DNA of 64,000 nucleotides from Myxococcota bacterium (lineage in GTDB: Bacteria; Myxococcota; XYA12-FULL-58-9; JALHOP01): positions 16,349 through 80,348 of the forward strand of contig JBGGMJ010000082.1 of assembly GCA_041288095.1 (NCBI GenBank), read 5' to 3'. Each line of letters starts with the position of its first letter. Positions within the stretch are counted from its first letter, which is position 1. The notes under the pieces were generated by a model. The model did not search any database. It was not told the origin of the DNA and worked only from the letters and a program-made list of their open reading frames with translations. Below are positions 1 through 8,373 of this stretch, one piece after another. The position numbers were made by a program, and so were the translations under genes.

Positions 1-71
1 CCCGTAACCGGCGACCACGACTAGGAGCTGGTGGCGCAACGCCTCGCACTCGTGTTACCACCGGCCCCCAA

Positions 72-995
72 ATGAGTCTGTTGGTCGTAGGCACCGTAGC
101 GTTCGACGCCATCGAAACCCCATTCGGCACGCGTGAGAAGACCGTCGGCGGCTCGGCGAGCTTCCTCGGTCACGCGGCGTCGTACTTCACGAAGCCCCAC
201 CTGGTGAGCGTCATCGGCGACGACTTTCCCGAGGAAGTGCTCGCGAAGTACCAGGCCCGCGGCATCGACACTCAGGGCATCGAACGCCAAAAAGGCGGCA
301 AGACCTTCTTCTGGAAGGGTCGCTACGACCAGAATCTGAACGTCGCCCACACCCTCGAGACCCAGCTCAACGTGCTCGCGACCTTCGAGCCCAAGGTGCC
401 GGCGGCCTATCGCAGCCTTCCCTACGTGATGCTCGGCAACTTCGACCCGGTGCTGCAACGTCGTGTCGTCGAGCAGCTCTCGGGCACCAAGCTCGTCGCC
501 GCCGACACCATGAACTACTGGATCACCGACCACAACGCCGAGCTGCGCAAGACGCTCAAGCACGTACACATGCTCTCGGTGAACGAGGGCGAAGCGCGCA
601 TGTTGTCGGGCGAGTGGAACCTGCGCAAGGCAGCGCTCGCTATCGCGGACATGGGCCCCAAAATCGTCGTCGTCAAGCGCGGCGAGTACGGCGCGACGCT
701 GTTCACCGAAGACGGCATATTCGTTGCGCCCGCTTTCATGCTCGAGACGGCGCTCGATCCGACCGGCGCCGGTGACTCGTTCGCGGGCGGCCTCCTCGGC
801 CACGTGGCCCGGCTCGACTCGGTGAAGCCACGCGTCTTGCGCCAAGCCATCGTCATGGGCAGCTCGCTCGGCTCTTTCGCGGTCGAGGGCTTCGGCCTCG
901 AGCGCTACGACTCGCTCGAGCCCGGCGAGATCCGGGAGCGCTTCGAGCAACTCCACGCGCTCACGAACTTCGAGACCGCCGGCATTCCCTGGTGA
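72..995 (+). CDS. PfkB-family carbohydrate/nucleoside kinase
   Basis: N-terminal GGSA motif and C-terminal PfkB signature DPTGAGDSFAGG; codon usage typical of the window. Confidence 0.92.
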   Translation: MSLLVVGTVAFDAIETPFGTREKTVGGSASFLGHAASYFTKPHLVSVIGDDFPEEVLAKYQARGIDTQGIERQKGGKTFFWKGRYDQNLNVAHTLETQLNVLATFEPKVPAAYRSLPYVMLGNFDPVLQRRVVEQLSGTKLVAADTMNYWITDHNAELRKTLKHVHMLSVNEGEARMLSGEWNLRKAALAIADMGPKIVVVKRGEYGATLFTEDGIFVAPAFMLETALDPTGAGDSFAGGLLGHVARLDSVKPRVLRQAIVMGSSLGSFAVEGFGLERYDSLEPGEIRERFEQLHALTNFETAGIPW

Positions 996-1573
996 CGTTG
1001 CCGCAGCCGAAGCGCGGCATCACACCGCGCGACTTCTATCATCAATACATCCCCGAGCTCTGGGCGGCCTTGGTCGGCCCGGTGCCGGCCCTGGTTGGTG
1101 TCACGGCCGGCGTGTCCGTGGCTGGCGACGGTGAGTACGCCATCGCGCTGACGGACGCAGGCCTCGCCACGAGCGACGGCAAGCCCGCGGATGCCCTGCT
1201 CGTCTTCAACACCGACGTCGCCAGCTGGCGTATCGCCCTGATCGAGCTGTTGCCGCGCGTGTTGAAGCACATCGAGCCCAAGGTCACGCCCACGAAAGTC
1301 GCGCTTCACCTTGGACGCATCGACCTCGGCGGGCTGCGCAAGGCGCCCGGTAGCCTCACCCTCGTCTTCGAAGACGACGCCGGCGACGAAGCCAAGGTAG
1401 TGCTCACGGTCGGCGAGAGTGGCGGCCCCGCGGCGAGCATTCACGTCACCGACACCGAGCTCTGGCGGCTCCTCGAGAGCGGCATCAAGCTCTCTCAGCT
1501 CGTGCGCAGCCGGGTCAAAGTGAGCGGCGACCTCGGCTATCTGTTGACCTTGGCAAGGGTCGCCGAAGGCTAA
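992..1573 (+). CDS. Hypothetical protein with SCP2 (sterol carrier)-like lipid-binding domain(s)
   Basis: GTG start overlaps the PfkB stop (GTGA). C-terminal ...LLESGIKLSQLVRSRVKVSGDLGYLLTL resembles the SCP2 end motif (G.l.v.GD...l..l); a second SCP2-like segment lies N-terminally. Confidence 0.6.
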   Translation: MTLPQPKRGITPRDFYHQYIPELWAALVGPVPALVGVTAGVSVAGDGEYAIALTDAGLATSDGKPADALLVFNTDVASWRIALIELLPRVLKHIEPKVTPTKVALHLGRIDLGGLRKAPGSLTLVFEDDAGDEAKVVLTVGESGGPAASIHVTDTELWRLLESGIKLSQLVRSRVKVSGDLGYLLTLARVAEG

Positions 1574-1609
1574 CCTCGTGCGCCGTGCCTGCCTGTCATC
1601 CCCAACGGT

Positions 1610-1637
1610 GAAACCTTCCTCCGACTTCCGCCGATAT
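1610..1637 (+). promoter_or_regulatory. Putative sigma28/FliA-like promoter
   Basis: GAAAC-N15-GCCGATAT, ending 8 nt before the ATG at 1646. Confidence 0.5.
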
Positions 1638-1645
1638 GGCGCTAC

Positions 1646-2503
1646 ATGTCTGAGGTTCCAACAGCCACTCGTACGTCGTTATCCACCGCTCTCGTTGTAG
1701 GGGAGCAGTCTAGATCGCTCGCGGTCGTCAAACCGTTCACGACGCCGGTCGTCTTCGAGCGCCAGTCGCGGTTCCAGGACCTCATGGAGCTCCGCGGCCA
1801 AGAGCCGAAGCCCGAGCTCTTGCGCTATCGCCTGCTGAACCGCCCCGCCTCGTGGGGTGTGGTGCTCGCCGCCGCGACCGCGGCGATCGGCGCACCGGTT
1901 CTCGCGTTCATGGCGCTGCCTCTCTGGATGGCGGCCGTCGGGGCGGGTGGCGCGCTGGTCGTGGGATCGGCTGTCGGCGCCTTGTTCGAGGCGACCTCGC
2001 CGCTGGCGCTCGTGACCCGCCTCAATCACCTCCGCGAAGCCGACCTCAAGTTCCTGGGCGATCTCTCCGAAGCGAGCCCCATCGAGCAGGCCATCGTCGG
2101 TAGCCTGGCGACCCGCTGGGTGAGGCGCATCGACAACCAACGCGTCAACGGTGAAGCTGCCTATGCAAACCTCGAGGACATCATCGCGCACGCGAAAACG
2201 TTGCCCGAGGATGTGCGCCAGCGTGCCGACAAGATGGTGGCGCTGTACGACGCGACCAACGATCACAACGGCAAGCCGCTCGAGAAGATGACCGACGACC
2301 AGGCCCGGAACCTCATCAGCGCCTTCCAGAGCCTGCCGGTCGAGGATCAACCCGTCGTCGCGCACGAGCTCATGGTCCGCTATTTCAAGGGCGAAGTATC
2401 GCGCCACGGCGTCGAGAGTCATCAGAAGGCACGCGATCTCTACCGCGCGCTCCGCGACGGCATGAAGGCCGTGCCGCCCGTCAGCCTACCGCCGGCGAGC
2501 TAG
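1646..2503 (+). CDS. Orphan protein with Ser/Thr-rich N-terminus and a bilobed hydrophobic hairpin
   Basis: 285-aa ORF. About 45-aa hydrophobic stretch WGVVLAAATAAIGAPVLAFMALPLWMAAVGAGGALVVGSAVGALF; no signal peptide; no recognised family. Confidence 0.7.
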   Translation: MSEVPTATRTSLSTALVVGEQSRSLAVVKPFTTPVVFERQSRFQDLMELRGQEPKPELLRYRLLNRPASWGVVLAAATAAIGAPVLAFMALPLWMAAVGAGGALVVGSAVGALFEATSPLALVTRLNHLREADLKFLGDLSEASPIEQAIVGSLATRWVRRIDNQRVNGEAAYANLEDIIAHAKTLPEDVRQRADKMVALYDATNDHNGKPLEKMTDDQARNLISAFQSLPVEDQPVVAHELMVRYFKGEVSRHGVESHQKARDLYRALRDGMKAVPPVSLPPAS

Positions 2504-4005
2504 ACGATGCGGAAGTAGTCTTTGAGGGTGCAGCGACGGCGCCGCGAGAAGTGGCGCGCGTTGGTGAGACCTTCGCCCGTCGGGCTCGAGATGGTGAACG
2601 AGGTGTAGCCCTCGCCGCCCAGACCCAGGCCGGCGTAGGTCGGCGCGTTCTTGGTGAAGATCGACGTGTTGATGACGCACGCCATGGCGTGCAGCGCCGC
2701 GATGTTGCGTGAGTACATGCAGGCGGTGTGACCGTTGCCATGCTCGCAGCGCACGGCCATGGCGATGGCTTCGTCGACGTCGCGCACGCGCACGAGCCCA
2801 GTCACTGGCGTCAGCAGCTCGAGCTGCACGAACGGGTGATTCTCGGGCACCTCGGCGTAGGCGATGAGCGTGCCGTTGGGGGCGTTGACGCCAATCTCCT
2901 TCAAGATGAGCGCCGCGTCCTTGCCGACGAACTTCTTGTTGGGATGGCCGTCGACGACGATGAGCTTCTCTAGACGCGTGAGCTCGTCGCCCTTCACTTC
3001 GTAGGCGCCGTAGCGCGCCATCGAGCGCTTGAGGTCGTCCGCGATCGAGGACACCGCGATGATTTCCTTCTCGGCGGTGCAGACGATGTTGTTGTCGAGC
3101 GAGATGCCTTTGACGAGGCCTTCCGCGGCCTGCTCGATGTCGGCGGTCTCGTCGACGACGGCTGGCGGATTGCCGGGGCCGGCGGCGATCACCTTCTTGC
3201 CGCTGTTCATCGCCTCTTTGACGACACCAGGGCCGCCGGTGACGACCAAGAGCCGGATACCGGGGTGACGCATCAGCTGCTGCGCGAGCTCGATGGTCGG
3301 CTCGGCGGTGCAGCAAATGAGGTTCTCTGGGCCGCCCGCGCTCATAATGGCTTCGTTGAGGAACTGAACCGTGTAAGCGCTGACTTTTTTAGCGGACGGG
3401 TGCGCGTTGAAGATCACCGAGTTGCCGGCGGCGAGCATGCCGATGGCGTTGCAGATGATGGTCTCGGTGGGGTTCGTGGTCGGCGCGATGGCGCCGATGA
3501 CGCCGAAGGGCGCGTACTCCTCGAGCATGAGGCCGTCGTCGCCGGTGACCGCCCACGGGTCGAGAATCTCGGGGCCCGGGGTCTTCTCGGTCACCAGACG
3601 GTTCTTGATGAGCTTCTGGTCGTAACGACCGAGGCCGGTCTCCTCGATGGCCATGCGCGAGATGTTTTCGAGCTCGCGATAACAGCGCTCGCGCATCGCC
3701 GCGATGACGGCGAAGCGGCCTTTGAGGCCCATCGATTGATAGGCGCGGAAAGCCGCCGTGGCTCCGCTCACCGCTCCGTCGAGGTCGGTGAAGACGCCAC
3801 GACCGATGCTGCCTTTGCTCGGCGACGAGGAGCCACCCGCGGGACGCGACTGCAGGTCCTTCTTGAGCGGGTCACAACCGTAGGGAGGATTGACGCTCGC
3901 GGGTGCCGGCCGGCGCAGCTGCGTCTCGCGGCTGCCCTCGCTCGCCAGACGCTCGACGACTCTCTCGACGAGCTCCGAGAGCTTCTCTTCCGAAATGTAC
4001 GGCAT
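2500..4005 (-). CDS. eutE: BMC-associated CoA-acylating aldehyde dehydrogenase (EutE/PduP family) with N-terminal encapsulation peptide
   Basis: PFGVIGAIAPTTNPTET, VTGGPGVV, AAGPGNPP and catalytic Cys in NNIVCTAEKE; amphipathic N-terminal helix SEEKLSELVERVVERLA followed by a Pro/Ser linker. Confidence 0.95.
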   Translation of the reverse strand: MPYISEEKLSELVERVVERLASEGSRETQLRRPAPASVNPPYGCDPLKKDLQSRPAGGSSSPSKGSIGRGVFTDLDGAVSGATAAFRAYQSMGLKGRFAVIAAMRERCYRELENISRMAIEETGLGRYDQKLIKNRLVTEKTPGPEILDPWAVTGDDGLMLEEYAPFGVIGAIAPTTNPTETIICNAIGMLAAGNSVIFNAHPSAKKVSAYTVQFLNEAIMSAGGPENLICCTAEPTIELAQQLMRHPGIRLLVVTGGPGVVKEAMNSGKKVIAAGPGNPPAVVDETADIEQAAEGLVKGISLDNNIVCTAEKEIIAVSSIADDLKRSMARYGAYEVKGDELTRLEKLIVVDGHPNKKFVGKDAALILKEIGVNAPNGTLIAYAEVPENHPFVQLELLTPVTGLVRVRDVDEAIAMAVRCEHGNGHTACMYSRNIAALHAMACVINTSIFTKNAPTYAGLGLGGEGYTSFTISSPTGEGLTNARHFSRRRRCTLKDYFRIV

Positions 4006-4331
4006 CAGCCTTCGCTACCCTTGTGGTAAACGACGCCGCGCTTGTCGCCCATGGGCTTTTCGGCGCCTTCGGCGCTGATGATATCGACGATGGCCATGAC
4101 CACCGCGTCGACCGGACGGTCCTTGGTGACCTTCGTCTGCCGCGCCGAGCTGCCCGAGCAGTAGAGCACGACATCGCCGAGACCGGCACCGACCGCGTCG
4201 GCCGCGACGACATGCGAGCCCTTGGCGCGACCGTCGGGATCGGCGCCTTGCAGCAAAAGGAGCTTCAAGCCCTCGAGCTCGGCCTCCTTGCGGCTGGCGA
4301 CGACGGTGCCGATGACGCGCGCGATGAGCAC
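4005..4331 (-). CDS. BMC vertex (pentamer) protein, EutN/CcmL family
   Basis: [14 protein letters not shown]...[21 protein letters not shown]...[11 protein letters not shown] is the BMC-P signature; stop overlaps the AldDH start. Confidence 0.96.
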   Translation of the reverse strand: MLIARVIGTVVASRKEAELEGLKLLLLQGADPDGRAKGSHVVAADAVGAGLGDVVLYCSGSSARQTKVTKDRPVDAVVMAIVDIISAEGAEKPMGDKRGVVYHKGSEG

Positions 4332-4341
4332 TGGCTAGTCC

Positions 4342-4653
4342 TTACTTCTTGCCGCCGCCGTTGGCGTCAGTGGCGCCTTTGCGGCCGAGCGGGAGGACGT
4401 CGTCGATGTTGACGTGCGGCCGCGGGATGACGTGAACGCTGACCATCTCGCCGACACGCTCGGCGGCTCGGGCGCCGGCGTCGGTGGCCGCTTTGACGGC
4501 CGCGACGTCACCGCGCACGATGGCGGTCACGTAACCACCGCCGATGCGCTCGTAACCGACGAGCTCGACACGCGCCGCCTTCACCATGGCGTCGGCGGCT
4601 TCGACCATCGCCGTGAATCCCTTGGTCTCGATCATGCCCAACGCTTCTGCCAT
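4342..4653 (-). CDS. BMC hexamer shell protein (EutM/PduA-like BMC-H)
   Basis: [28 protein letters not shown]...[13 protein letters not shown]...HVIPRPH; RBS GAGGAAGAG upstream. Confidence 0.97.
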   Translation of the reverse strand: MAEALGMIETKGFTAMVEAADAMVKAARVELVGYERIGGGYVTAIVRGDVAAVKAATDAGARAAERVGEMVSVHVIPRPHVNIDDVLPLGRKGATDANGGGKK

Positions 4654-4685
4654 TTTCTCTTCCTCGTGTTGGCGGGCCAGGCCCG

Positions 4686-5312
4686 TCAGTCTTTCGTTTC
4701 TTTACCGGTGACACCGCTGATCGCTGCGTTCGCCGCGGCGGCCGCGGCGTCGATCTCTGCCTCGGTACCGCCCATGTACAGACGACCGAAGGCACCGAAC
4801 GTCGTGCACTCGAGCAGTTGCACGTTGGCTGCCTTCTCGGCTTCGTTGGCCGCGAAAGCGATGTAGGCCGCGGGCACCGTCTCCATGATGAGGAGCGACT
4901 CGCCGGGATTGATCATCGACCCCGAGCGCAGCTTGTTGATGACCTGCGCGTGGTCCGGCTCGATGGAGCGGATGATCTGATTGGTCACGAGCTTGGGCTT
5001 CACGCGGTCTTCGGGCTTCAAGCCCAGCTCATCGAGGATTGCCTGACCAGCGAGTTGCACTTGGCCTTTGTCTTCGGCGTGCAACATCACCATGCCATAG
5101 GCGCGCTCGACGACGATGGTCGCCGGGTGGACCTGGGTGCCCTTCAAAGCGCGGTCGAGCAGGCGGTGGATGCCCATGCCCGGCGCGACTTCGACGAACA
5201 AAGCAGCCTCGTACGGCACGGGCCAGAAGCCTCTGCAGGTCGTGCAAACATGACCCGTGAGCTGCGGCTGGAGCGCGTCGAGGAAGACGTAGGTGCGGAG
5301 TGAAACGCTCAT
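4686..5312 (-). CDS. Tandem-domain BMC shell protein (BMC-T, double-stacking type)
   Basis: [14 protein letters not shown]...VVERAYG...ILETx[15 protein letters not shown].....GAFGRLY.GG.EAEIDAA; closely resembles Haliangium ochraceum BMC-T2 as I recall it. Confidence 0.9.
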   Translation of the reverse strand: MSVSLRTYVFLDALQPQLTGHVCTTCRGFWPVPYEAALFVEVAPGMGIHRLLDRALKGTQVHPATIVVERAYGMVMLHAEDKGQVQLAGQAILDELGLKPEDRVKPKLVTNQIIRSIEPDHAQVINKLRSGSMINPGESLLIMETVPAAYIAFAANEAEKAANVQLLECTTFGAFGRLYMGGTEAEIDAAAAAANAAISGVTGKETKD

Positions 5313-5315
5313 TCG

Positions 5316-5337
5316 TTGGGCGTGAGCTATAGCCCAA
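5316..5337. promoter_or_regulatory. Inverted repeat over the putative -10 of the BMC operon
   Basis: TTGGGC-N10-GCCCAA enclosing minus-strand TATAGC, 13 nt upstream of the BMC-T ATG. Confidence 0.35.
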
Positions 5338-5411
5338 GCCCTGACACCGAAACAAGCAGCGTGTCGCGCTCCGAGATCACTTCGTGAGCGCCCGCTAAAG
5401 CGGACCAGCCA

Positions 5412-5624
5412 CTAGCGCTCGGCTTCGCCGGCGCCGTCTGGGTTATCCGACGGCAGGTAGTCAGTCGTGCTTGGGACGCGCTTGAGCTCGGCGCGTGCGA
5501 TCTTCCAGGCTTGCTGAATGAGCCACGAAATCGACCGGTCTTGGCGGGTCGATTCCTTCTGCAGCTCGCTCAGCATGTCGGAAGGAAAATAGAGATTCTG
5601 ACGTCGCGTTTCGCCCTGGCCCAT
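5412..5624 (-). CDS. Myxococcales small ribbon-helix-helix-like protein (TIGR04563, MXAN_4361/4362 family), copy 2
   Basis: RRQNLYFPSDMLSELQKESTRQDRSISWLIQQAW; start moved to ATG 5624 (GGGGAG RBS). Confidence 0.88.
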   Translation of the reverse strand: MGQGETRRQNLYFPSDMLSELQKESTRQDRSISWLIQQAWKIARAELKRVPSTTDYLPSDNPDGAGEAER

Positions 5625-5702
5625 TGGCTTCACTCCCCGTTGGAATACGTCGACGCGGAGCATCCATGCCGCCCCGCCATCAACGCTCGTGGTCGTTTGT
5701 CG

Positions 5703-5894
5703 TTACTCGCTGGCCTCGCCGTCGGTGTGGTCGTTGACCGACGGGAAACGCATGATTTCGTTGCGCGCGATGCGCCAAGCCTGCTGAACGATCCACGAAA
5801 GCGAACGGTCTTGCCGATTCGCTTCGATCTGAATCTCTTTCAGCATGTCTTCAGGGAAATAGAGGCTCTGCTTGCGCTTATCGGTACGAGACAT
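5703..5894 (-). CDS. Myxococcales small ribbon-helix-helix-like protein (TIGR04563 family), copy 1
   Basis: DKRKQSLYFPEDMLKEIQIEANRQDRSLSWIVQQAW, the canonical family sequence; ACGGAG RBS. Confidence 0.92.
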   Translation of the reverse strand: MSRTDKRKQSLYFPEDMLKEIQIEANRQDRSLSWIVQQAWRIARNEIMRFPSVNDHTDGEASE

Positions 5895-5944
5895 GAACCG
5901 TTGGCTCCGTCTGTCGCGGAAAGAAACTCAACTTCAGCAGCTAG

Positions 5945-5976
5945 TCGGGTCTAACCCGAGGTCGAACGTGCGTCAA
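5945..5976 (-). promoter_or_regulatory. sigma70-type promoter with overlapping palindrome (candidate operator)
   Basis: Minus-strand TTGACG-N17-TAGACC (5976..5948); perfect inverted repeat TCGGGT-CTA-ACCCGA (5945-5959) overlaps the -10. Confidence 0.5.
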
Positions 5977-6229
5977 GCTGGGCTTTTGGAACACCGCGTT
6001 GCTTCGCGGCAGTGACGCACGTTGCTCAGATGATTGCCAGAAAAACATTCAGAGCGACGACAATCGCCGTGAAACCTATCGCCGTCCACAATCGAGCCCG
6101 GGGCTCATCCAAGACCGCAACATCAATCATGTGGGTGATGGTGGCATGTAAGCCCACCACACAAAAAATAATAGGCAGGTCTTTGTGTGTTTTTTGGGAG
6201 CCGCTGTGCGGGCTTGCTACGATCGTGAT

Positions 6230-8269
6230 GTGACGGAAGCGTGGTCACCGGCTCCCCCACCGTTTCGCACCATGGTGCTCGTCGGTGGGCTCTTGGGCGC
6301 ATTCTTGCCGCTCAGGCCTTCGTCCGCCCAGGGCCCGGCCAGTCCGCCAAAGCAGACAGCAGTTCCTGTCGCTAAAGCGGAGCAAAAGCCGGCGAGGGAT
6401 GACGACGAGAGTCTGCGCACTCTCGCCCGCGCCGAGGGCTTGCTCGATCTCGGCCGCGCCGACGCCGCCGCCGACTTGCTCGCGACGCTCGCTCCCGAGG
6501 GCCCGCACGCCAGCGCCGCGCGCACGTTGCAATCGTGGGCTCTGCATCAGGCCGGCCGCGACACCGAGCTCCTGGGGCTGCTCGGGGACGCCGATGAAGA
6601 GGGTGAAGACACCATCGGCCGCATCGAGAACCCCGAGCTCCTTTATCTGCGTGGCTCGGCGAGCCTCGCCGCCGGCCGCGACGCCGCCGCCATCGCGGAC
6701 CTGCGCCGTCTCTGGTGGGGCGAGTGCGACGGCATCTGGGGCCTCTACGCCTTGCGCGAGCTCGCCGCCGTGCCGGCGACGTCGGGCGGACCCTACCGGG
6801 GCGCCGACCGCGCGGTGATCGAGCGCTTGATGCCGCAAGCGACCCACCGGCTGACGCGCGCTCAGACCGACATCGACGCGCTCATCAGTGCTCTCGTGGC
6901 CAAGGCGCCGCGCGGCAGCATTCTCGCCGCCGAGGCTCGTCATGCGCGTGGCGTACGCCTGCTCCGTGGCGAAAAGCACGACGAGGCGGCCCGCACCCTG
7001 AACGTCGCCTACAGCATGACACGGTATGCCCCGCTCAAGCGCGCCATCACCCGCAGCCTCGGCGAGGCCGAGCGCCGTCGCGGCAATTACAACGCCGCCA
7101 TGCGCCACTTCGACAGCGTCGCCGCCAACGCCGATGACCACTTGGCGCACGAGGCGCTGGCTCTCGCCGGCCAAACCGCCATCGAGTTCCGCCACTACCC
7201 CGAGGCTCGCAAGCGCTTCGAAGCGCAGCTCGTCGCCAACCCCACGGGCATTGCGCGCGAGCAGGCGCTGTGGGGCTTGGGCTGGGTCGCCTTCCGAACC
7301 GGCGACTACACGAAGGCGCGCCAGTTCTTCCGCACGCTCTTCACGGAGTCGGAGTACGGCCCGTTCGCGGCGCAGAGCCTTTATTGGGGCGCGCGCGCCG
7401 CGCAAGAGATCGGCGACAACGGCACCGCGGCTCAAGAGCTCGCGTTCCTGATCGCCGCCTTCCCGCTCGACTACTATGCCCACCGCGCGGCGCGCCTCAC
7501 CCAGCACGTCGACATCGCCGACGCCGTCTATCCGTCGGGCCCCATCGCCATCGACGAAAGCGTCGACTACATCGCCCAGCTCACGCAGGCCGGCATGAGC
7601 CGTAGAGCGCTGAAGGCCCTGCCCACGATCGACGCCAAGCTCTCGAAGCTGGGGCCGCACGAGCTACGCATGCTCGAGAGCGCGCTGCGCGACCTCAACG
7701 CCGACAAGTGGCTTGCGCGTGTCCGCTGGCAGCGACAGTCGCGCTTCCCGGAGAGTCCCGAAGGTCGTGCCGTGCTCGGCCGCGTCTTCCCCAGCCGCAT
7801 CGTCGAGCTCGCCCGCCGCGTCACCACCGAGACCAAGATGGACTTTCCGCTGGTCGTCTCGTTGATGCGGCAGGAGAGCGCCTTCAACCCGCGCGCCGTG
7901 TCGGGAGTCGGCGCCGTCGGCCTCATGCAGCTCATGATCCCGACGGCACGCGAGCTCGTCCGCGAAGACAGACGCGGTGGTCTCGACGCCGCCGATCTCT
8001 ACGACCCCGAGCTCAACATGCGCATCGGCATGAAGTATCTAGGCCGCATGTTGCGCGCCTTCGGCGGCCGCTCGGAGTACGCTTTGGCGGCCTACAACGC
8101 CGGTCCCGGCGCCGTTACCCGCTGGCGCCAGGCTCAGGGTGACCTCCCGGTCGACATCTTCGTCGAGGAGATCCCGTACGAGGAGACGCGCGCCTACGTC
8201 CGCCGCATCCTCGCCGGCATGCGCACCTTCAGCTACGTCGAGGGTGGCTTCCTGGCCGCCAACAAGTAG
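6230..8269 (+). CDS. slt: Soluble lytic transglycosylase (Slt70-like) with TPR superhelix
   Basis: LMRQESAFNPRAVS.VGAVGLMQLM, ALAAYNAGPG and IPYEETRAYV motifs; TPR repeats; start placed at GTG 6230, 6 nt after TGC-TACGAT (-10). Confidence 0.92.
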   Translation: MTEAWSPAPPPFRTMVLVGGLLGAFLPLRPSSAQGPASPPKQTAVPVAKAEQKPARDDDESLRTLARAEGLLDLGRADAAADLLATLAPEGPHASAARTLQSWALHQAGRDTELLGLLGDADEEGEDTIGRIENPELLYLRGSASLAAGRDAAAIADLRRLWWGECDGIWGLYALRELAAVPATSGGPYRGADRAVIERLMPQATHRLTRAQTDIDALISALVAKAPRGSILAAEARHARGVRLLRGEKHDEAARTLNVAYSMTRYAPLKRAITRSLGEAERRRGNYNAAMRHFDSVAANADDHLAHEALALAGQTAIEFRHYPEARKRFEAQLVANPTGIAREQALWGLGWVAFRTGDYTKARQFFRTLFTESEYGPFAAQSLYWGARAAQEIGDNGTAAQELAFLIAAFPLDYYAHRAARLTQHVDIADAVYPSGPIAIDESVDYIAQLTQAGMSRRALKALPTIDAKLSKLGPHELRMLESALRDLNADKWLARVRWQRQSRFPESPEGRAVLGRVFPSRIVELARRVTTETKMDFPLVVSLMRQESAFNPRAVSGVGAVGLMQLMIPTARELVREDRRGGLDAADLYDPELNMRIGMKYLGRMLRAFGGRSEYALAAYNAGPGAVTRWRQAQGDLPVDIFVEEIPYEETRAYVRRILAGMRTFSYVEGGFLAANK

Positions 8270-8297
8270 GCAGCGCGTCGAATATCGCCGGTCGGGC

Positions 8298-8325
8298 GCA
8301 ACTTTCGCTCGCGGCGGGCCGACAA
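8298..8325 (+). promoter_or_regulatory. Putative sigma28/FliA-like promoter
   Basis: GCAAC-N15-GCCGACAA upstream of the S41 peptidase gene. Confidence 0.55.
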
Positions 8326-8373
8326 CCACGATGCTAGGTTTGTAGGGGTGTGCCGCCCAGGAGCTGTTGTTAC

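Noticed and set aside
21-956. 311-aa minus-strand ORF, and the many similar long antisense ORFs (e.g. 6245..7660, 22448..24067, 49739..51514, 61273..62550)
   Set aside because: Shadows of well-supported genes on the opposite strand or frame in high-GC DNA; Arg/Ala/Pro-rich nonsense composition with no motifs.
72-995. PfkB kinase as part of the BMC pathway
   Set aside because: Opposite strand, separated by two genes, no encapsulation peptide; a widespread housekeeping-type kinase.
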